From positions 1 to 64,000 of IMG/VR virus record IMGVR_UViG_3300009177_000030: a stretch of 64,000 nucleotides of DNA, one strand, 5' to 3'. The notes below the pieces were generated by a model that made no database searches, was not told the DNA's origin, and saw only the letters and a list, made by a program, of their open reading frames with translations. This DNA comes from a virus. Both the position numbers and the translations under genes were made by a program. Below, piece by piece: positions 59,224 through 64,000 of this stretch. Every line of letters starts with the position of its first letter. The stretch's first letter is position 1.

Positions 59224-59408
59224 TCTGGCGGCGGCGTGGATGCTCAAACGGAGTAATCCGCTCTTACAATGAGCGGGGAGACACGCGGGAATGGTGGCCC
59301 ATTCCATCGGTGGTGACGCAGGGGATGAGATGCCCCACGAAACGCAGAAATGCGGGGAGACGTTACAAGGCCACAAATCGATAGCCCGTTAGATTCGGGA
59401 CCGCCAGA
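59224..59408 (+). ncRNA. Putative structured RNA with tRNA-like acceptor, D and T elements
   Basis: TCTGGCGG/CCGCCAGA closing stem, GCGTG/CACGC stem, CCCG-TTAGATT-CGGG T-arm-like hairpin. Confidence 0.5.
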
Positions 59409-59428
59409 TTAAATTTTTAGGGGATGAA

Positions 59429-59650
59429 ATGAAAGTCACAAAAGACAAAGATTCGGTAGTCGTTAAATGCAGCGCCAAGGAAGCTCGGTTGATGGCGGCT
59501 GCCTGCGCTCAGGCGGCAGAAAAGCAGTATACCAGCGGGACGGAAGCCAAGATGGATTCATTGGCTAAGATCGCCCTTCAGGTGTCCAGCGAGTACAATG
59601 CCATAGCCGTTAAGATCCTGAGCGAGGCATCGTTCTGCGAGAACGTTTAA
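59429..59650 (+). CDS. Hypothetical protein
   Basis: AGGGGA RBS. Confidence 0.6.
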   Translation: MKVTKDKDSVVVKCSAKEARLMAAACAQAAEKQYTSGTEAKMDSLAKIALQVSSEYNAIAVKILSEASFCENV

Positions 59651-59910
59651 ATGTTTCCACTCACTTAGCCTGCGCTCGTGAGTGGCCCCGGCTTACCGGC
59701 TGGGGGAGAATTCTGGCGGTGATCGGGATGACTGACGGCTCCCCGATGAAAAGGTAATCGTTGGAGGTATGATGTGCGCCTCATGAAACAAGCCGCCAGA
59801 GCAAGACCCTCGAAAGAGGTACGGCAGGGATTGCGTATCTGAAGCGCAAGATCCTCCTCCCACGTTCCACCTCCGTGCGCCGGGAAGAGGTGGGTAAATT
59901 TGAGGAGATT

Positions 59911-60531
59911 ATGCCAGCGTTGTCGTTTACCGTCGAGTTTGTGATTGAAGAGTGCTGTGCTTGCCATATGATGTTCGCCGTGAGCAAGGACTTTCAGCGC
60001 CGCAAGCAAGTGGACCATGGGTCGTTTCACTGCCCAGAGGGACATACTATGTCCTATACCGGAAAGACCGAACTGGATCGCTTACGGGAGTCAACTACTG
60101 CAGCACAGCAGGCTCTTCAGGCCAAACTTAATGAGGCCAATCACGCGAAGTTGGTAGCTGAAAAAGAGCGCAATCAAATCGCCGCCGAGAAGAAGCGCAT
60201 GGAAGCGCGTGCCGCGGCTGGTGTTTGCTTGTGCTGTAACCGTACCTTTGAAGATCTCGCACGCCATATGGAAAGTAAGCATTCCGGCGTTCTTGGCCCT
60301 GGGAAAGAGCAACGCCAGATTGAGGGCGAGAGGGCAATGCCTGTAATGGTGGAGGAGTTGGAATTAGGTGTACGGGCATACAACTGTCTGAAGAACGCTG
60401 GCATTGACACTATTCAGGAGCTACTTGCGGCTCCATGCGCCACTTTATTTCAAATGAAAAACTTCGGCAAAAAATCAATGGATGAAATTAACGCAGAGTT
60501 GGGTCGACTTGGCCTGCCGGTGAAAAAATAA
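59911..60531 (+). CDS. Zn-finger/coiled-coil protein fused to an RNA polymerase alpha-CTD-like domain
   Basis: GAGGAG RBS; CP.GH and C..C...H...H; EELELGVRAYNCLKNAGI.TI.EL...L..MKNFGKKS.DEI. Confidence 0.88.
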   Translation: MPALSFTVEFVIEECCACHMMFAVSKDFQRRKQVDHGSFHCPEGHTMSYTGKTELDRLRESTTAAQQALQAKLNEANHAKLVAEKERNQIAAEKKRMEARAAAGVCLCCNRTFEDLARHMESKHSGVLGPGKEQRQIEGERAMPVMVEELELGVRAYNCLKNAGIDTIQELLAAPCATLFQMKNFGKKSMDEINAELGRLGLPVKK

Positions 60532-60986
60532 CCATGTCCCAAAAAACCAAACCCCGCACCCGCGTAATCATCGAACCCAAGAAAGTAGTCGAGCTCGGAG
60601 TCTATGTCTCCGCCGGGCAATTGTCCAGGCTGGAGAAGATACTGAGCAACTGGAGCATTAAGTATTCGGTGCTGCCGGAGCCGGATGAGCCGTATGCGGA
60701 TTTGAGTGAGTGGTATGAGGAGTGTAAATATGAGTCCGCTTAATAACGTCTCCGCCAGTGTTCCGGATAAGCTCGTAAAACCCGAGACCGCCCGCGTTCT
60801 CCGTGAAGAGATGAACTACCGGAACAAGAGCGAGAGTTGCAAGACTTGTGCCAACCACAAGGAAATCGACGATCCACACTTAGACCGTAGTTGGATGCAG
60901 GTGTGCGCTTTGTTCGAGAAGCAGTTGGGGCTTATCACCATCGAAGTCACTGGCATCTGCAAGCACTGGAAGGAACCGGAATCGCC

Positions 60987-62342
60987 ATGCGCATAGTTTC
61001 ATTATCGGCCGAAAACATCAAACGCCTGAAGGTGGTAGAGATCACCCCGAAAGGTGACGTGGTTCAGATCACGGGCAGGAACGCGAGCGGCAAGAGTTCA
61101 GTCCTTGATTCAATTATGTACGCCCTTGGCGGCGAGAAGTCAATCCCCGGTAAGCCAGTCCGCGAAGGCTGCGATAAGGCCAAGATCAAACTGAACCTCG
61201 GCACCGTGGTAGTCGAGCGCCGGTTCACACCGTCCGGAACGACCATCAGCGTCACGAGCGCAGACGGTGCCACCTACAAGTCTCCACAGAAGATGCTGGA
61301 CGATCTCCTCGGGGCGCTGACGTTCGATCCTCTCGCATTCTCACGTCAGAAGCCTCGGGATCAGTTTGATACGCTCCGCAAACTGGTAAATCTGCCGATC
61401 GACATCGACGCGCTGAACGCAGCGAACCAGAACGACTACGAATACCGCACGGAGATCAACCGGCAGACGAAGCAATTTCGAACGCAGGCAGAAGCCATAA
61501 GGGTGCCGGATAGCACTCCGGTGGAACCAGAAGACGAGTCCGCCTTTTTGGATGGAATTGAGCGCGCCGGAACTGTCAATGCAGATATTCAGCGGCGGCA
61601 GGCGAACCGGGAAAAGGCGGTTAAGGACGTTGCAGATTTACGAGCCAGGGCGGTTGCCGTCCGGGATGCATTCTTAAACGCGACCAGTGAAGCGGGCGAG
61701 CGCATTACTGATCTGCAAAAACAAATCGAGGATATCAAGGCACGTCTCCAGCGAGACGCTAAGGCTGCTGATGAATCGGCGGCGGCCAGCGAATCGGCTG
61801 CGAATGCTCTGGAAGCTAAGCTATTATCTGCCCCGCTACTGCCCGAACCGGTATCCATCTCCGACCTCCGAACCAAACTCGACGCTGCGAAGATCCGCAA
61901 CGTTGCCGTGGCTGAACGCAAACGCCGGGAAGCCCTGCTCGAGCAGGCCCAACAGTCCGAAGCCGTGGCGAAGTCCCTCACCGACGCCATGGAGGTGCGC
62001 GACAAGCAAAAAGAGGACGCTATCAAGGCGGCCACTATGCCGGTGTCTGGACTTGGATTCGGAAGCGATCACGTCACGTATAACGGGATCCCGTTCGATC
62101 AGGCGAGCTCGGCTGAGAAGTTGAGGGTATCCGCCGCTATCGCTATGGCTGGGAATCCGAAGTTGCGGGTGATCCGGATTCAGGATGGATCGTTGCTGGA
62201 CGAGGACGGCCTGAAGATCATCAGCGACATGGCCGCAGAGAAAGACTATCAGGTGTGGCTCGAAGCCGTGGATTCGACCGGTAAGGTCGGCATCTACATG
62301 GAGGATGGCGAGGTTGCGGCGGTGAATGAGGCGAAGGCGTGA
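60987..62342 (+). CDS. SMC/Rad50-like ATPase
   Basis: Walker A GRNASGKS, long coiled coil, ASSAE signature-like, IQDGSLLD. Confidence 0.85.
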   Translation: MRIVSLSAENIKRLKVVEITPKGDVVQITGRNASGKSSVLDSIMYALGGEKSIPGKPVREGCDKAKIKLNLGTVVVERRFTPSGTTISVTSADGATYKSPQKMLDDLLGALTFDPLAFSRQKPRDQFDTLRKLVNLPIDIDALNAANQNDYEYRTEINRQTKQFRTQAEAIRVPDSTPVEPEDESAFLDGIERAGTVNADIQRRQANREKAVKDVADLRARAVAVRDAFLNATSEAGERITDLQKQIEDIKARLQRDAKAADESAAASESAANALEAKLLSAPLLPEPVSISDLRTKLDAAKIRNVAVAERKRREALLEQAQQSEAVAKSLTDAMEVRDKQKEDAIKAATMPVSGLGFGSDHVTYNGIPFDQASSAEKLRVSAAIAMAGNPKLRVIRIQDGSLLDEDGLKIISDMAAEKDYQVWLEAVDSTGKVGIYMEDGEVAAVNEAKA

Positions 62343-62710
62343 CCCATCAGCAGTTAGAAATCCTCCAGCACGCGCTGGGTGTAGACGAATATGGCCGGGG
62401 CCAACAATACCGGGACCACTTCGCGGCTGGCGGGGAAGACATACCCATTTGCCAGGAACTGATCGCTCTCGGCTACATGCGCCAAGTCGCAACGACTGCG
62501 GTGTTTCAGGACTTCAACTGCCGGGTCACCGAGGAAGGCAAAGCGGCCATGCTCCGGGAGAGTCCGGCGCCGCCCGTACTGACCCGGGGACAGAAACGAT
62601 ATCGGCACTGGCTGAAGGTTTCGGATTGCTTCCCGGATTGGAAGTTTGGGGATTATCTAAAGAAGTATGTGCGGCCTGAGGCTGGTGGCGTGCTGGGGGA
62701 TTATCTGTGA
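62339..62710 (+). CDS. Conserved hypothetical phage protein
   Basis: ILQHALG....YR.HF...VT..G pattern, coupled. Confidence 0.65.
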   Translation: MTHQQLEILQHALGVDEYGRGQQYRDHFAAGGEDIPICQELIALGYMRQVATTAVFQDFNCRVTEEGKAAMLRESPAPPVLTRGQKRYRHWLKVSDCFPDWKFGDYLKKYVRPEAGGVLGDYL

Positions 62711-62953
62711 AATCCACCCGCACCTCAGACCGCGAATTTACGCAATCCGTAGGCATCAAACAGGACTGCGAAATGTGCGAACTCCTGCACATCGACATCG
62801 AACGCCAGAAGGACGAGACCACCCATAGGGAACAGGTCTGCTGGTTCCTGATTCAGGTTGCCTTGAGCCGAGAGAGTCGTCTGCGAACGTGGAAGTTGGC
62901 TGCGTTTGGTGGCTGGGTTATGGCGGTCCTGCTGGGGATTGCGAGCCTTCATC

Positions 62954-63343
62954 ATGCCTAAAATCCACAACCGTATCGAACGCACCAAAATGGAACACAT
63001 CCGTATGCAGGCGGCTCGGTGCTTTGCGGTGGGCAGCACGCAGGCTGATATAACGCGGCTGTATAACGTAAGCCGAACGACGGCTATGAAGTGGCACCGG
63101 GCCTGGAAGCGTGGCGGCGCGAAGGCACTCGAGCAGCGCAAAGCTACCGGGCGGCCGAGATTTGTGGGGATTGAGGCTATCCGGGAGTTTATCGAAAGCT
63201 TAGATATGGAAGGCCAGACGACGGAGTCGATGGTTGCGGAACTCAGCATGCGTTTCGGGGTGGAGTACGACAAGGATCACGTGGGGCGGATTTTGAATCG
63301 GTTGGGGTATCGGTGGATCGGGAGGGGGTGGGGGCGTGGATAA
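62954..63343 (+). CDS. IS630-OrfA-like double HTH protein with no catalytic partner
   Basis: G....I...YNVSR.T..KW...W..GG..AL.....GRP, FGV.Y...HV.R.L.RLG..W. Confidence 0.7.
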   Translation: MPKIHNRIERTKMEHIRMQAARCFAVGSTQADITRLYNVSRTTAMKWHRAWKRGGAKALEQRKATGRPRFVGIEAIREFIESLDMEGQTTESMVAELSMRFGVEYDKDHVGRILNRLGYRWIGRGWGRG

Positions 63344-64000
63344 CTATATTGCACCTGAAGGAACTGAATGGGTCTGTGGCGCATGCGGTCGGCACGGTTC
63401 GGACCGGACCAGAATTGGTGATGAGTCCTGTTTCCTGAATGCGGTTCTGTGTCGCAAGAAGCTGGTCGTTGGGGAAGATGGTTGTGAGTGGGAGGCGGTA
63501 GAATGATCCACCGCCGCATCGACGACAACGAACTGAACAAAGACGCCAAGTTTGAGTGCGGCATCGCATGGCCGTTGCCGGAAGGCGATCTGTACGTCTG
63601 GGACAGCGAGTTATTCATGACCCATCGGATTACGTGCGAGGGCTGCGGAGGTGGACCGCCAAGGCCAATCGGAACTCCGATATCCGAACTCTCAGGCCAG
63701 CCGGGGCATCCCGGCTATAAAAAGTTCTGCGACATCGCCCGATCGTGGGGGTACGAATGAGCAAAATGACTCAGGAGGAATTTATCGCAATCCTCTTTGC
63801 GGACTTAAATTATGACACCGCCGCCCAGCGCAAAGGTTGGCTGCAACTCCGGTTTCAGGTGAACTTTCCGGATGAGTTGACGGTGGCCCAGAAGTCTCGG
63901 GCTATTGAGATGTTGAAGGCGGAGAAGAGCGGAGAGCCGGAGGATGAGGATGATTGAATTTTTTTGGTGTACGCTGGCAGCGGGATCCGCATTCTGGATC

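Larger units (their letters stand above)
1..64000. mobile_element. Tailed bacteriophage or prophage genome segment (podovirus-like organisation)
   Basis: Portal-scaffold-capsid-adaptor-nozzle-fibre-ejection synteny, HNH genes, YqaJ exonuclease, dense overlapping small ORFs, no host housekeeping genes. Confidence 0.92.

Noticed and set aside
59321-59345. Hammerhead ribozyme (GATGA...GAAAC)
   Set aside because: Lacks the CUGANGA core and the required three-stem arrangement.
59224-59408. Canonical tRNA or tmRNA
   Set aside because: No 7-nt anticodon arm, no encoded CCA after the stem, and no clear tag reading frame; kept only as tRNA-like.
1-64000. Genome-wide stop-codon recoding, diversity-generating retroelement or invertible tail cassette
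   Set aside because: All three stops terminate long genes normally; no reverse transcriptase, TR/VR pair, recombinase or inverted crossover sites were seen.

Overview
The whole window reads as part of a tailed dsDNA phage or prophage genome, probably podovirus-like and infecting a diderm host. No terminase, integrase or DNA polymerase is visible. Order: small genes, a Mom-like DNA modifier plus endonuclease, portal, scaffold, major capsid, decoration and small basic proteins, two adaptor-like genes, nozzle, tail fibre, ejection-type proteins, a minus-strand glycosyltransferase/methyltransferase/B12-radical SAM operon, signal-peptide-bearing spike-like proteins, holin-like genes, and an early/recombination region (YqaJ exonuclease, Gp3-like protein, alpha-CTD fusion, SMC-like ATPase). 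Best candidates for new biology: (1) two related 5'-truncated IS1595 (ISNwi1-like) elements with a near-identical right-end module but different DNA-modification cargo, slotted in through NTGA start/stop overlaps; (2) virion-type, Cys-containing spike proteins that carry Sec signal peptides and share a module with the non-secreted tail proteins; (3) tandem arrays of synonymously diverged copies of a gene's own last codons plus stop; (4) a glycan-tailoring operon with a PLOD-type glycosyltransferase and a B12 radical SAM enzyme; (5) an apparent ACG start for the major capsid gene; (6) tRNA-like structured RNAs near 59.2-59.8 kb. All protein calls come from motif recognition and synteny by eye; no searches were run.
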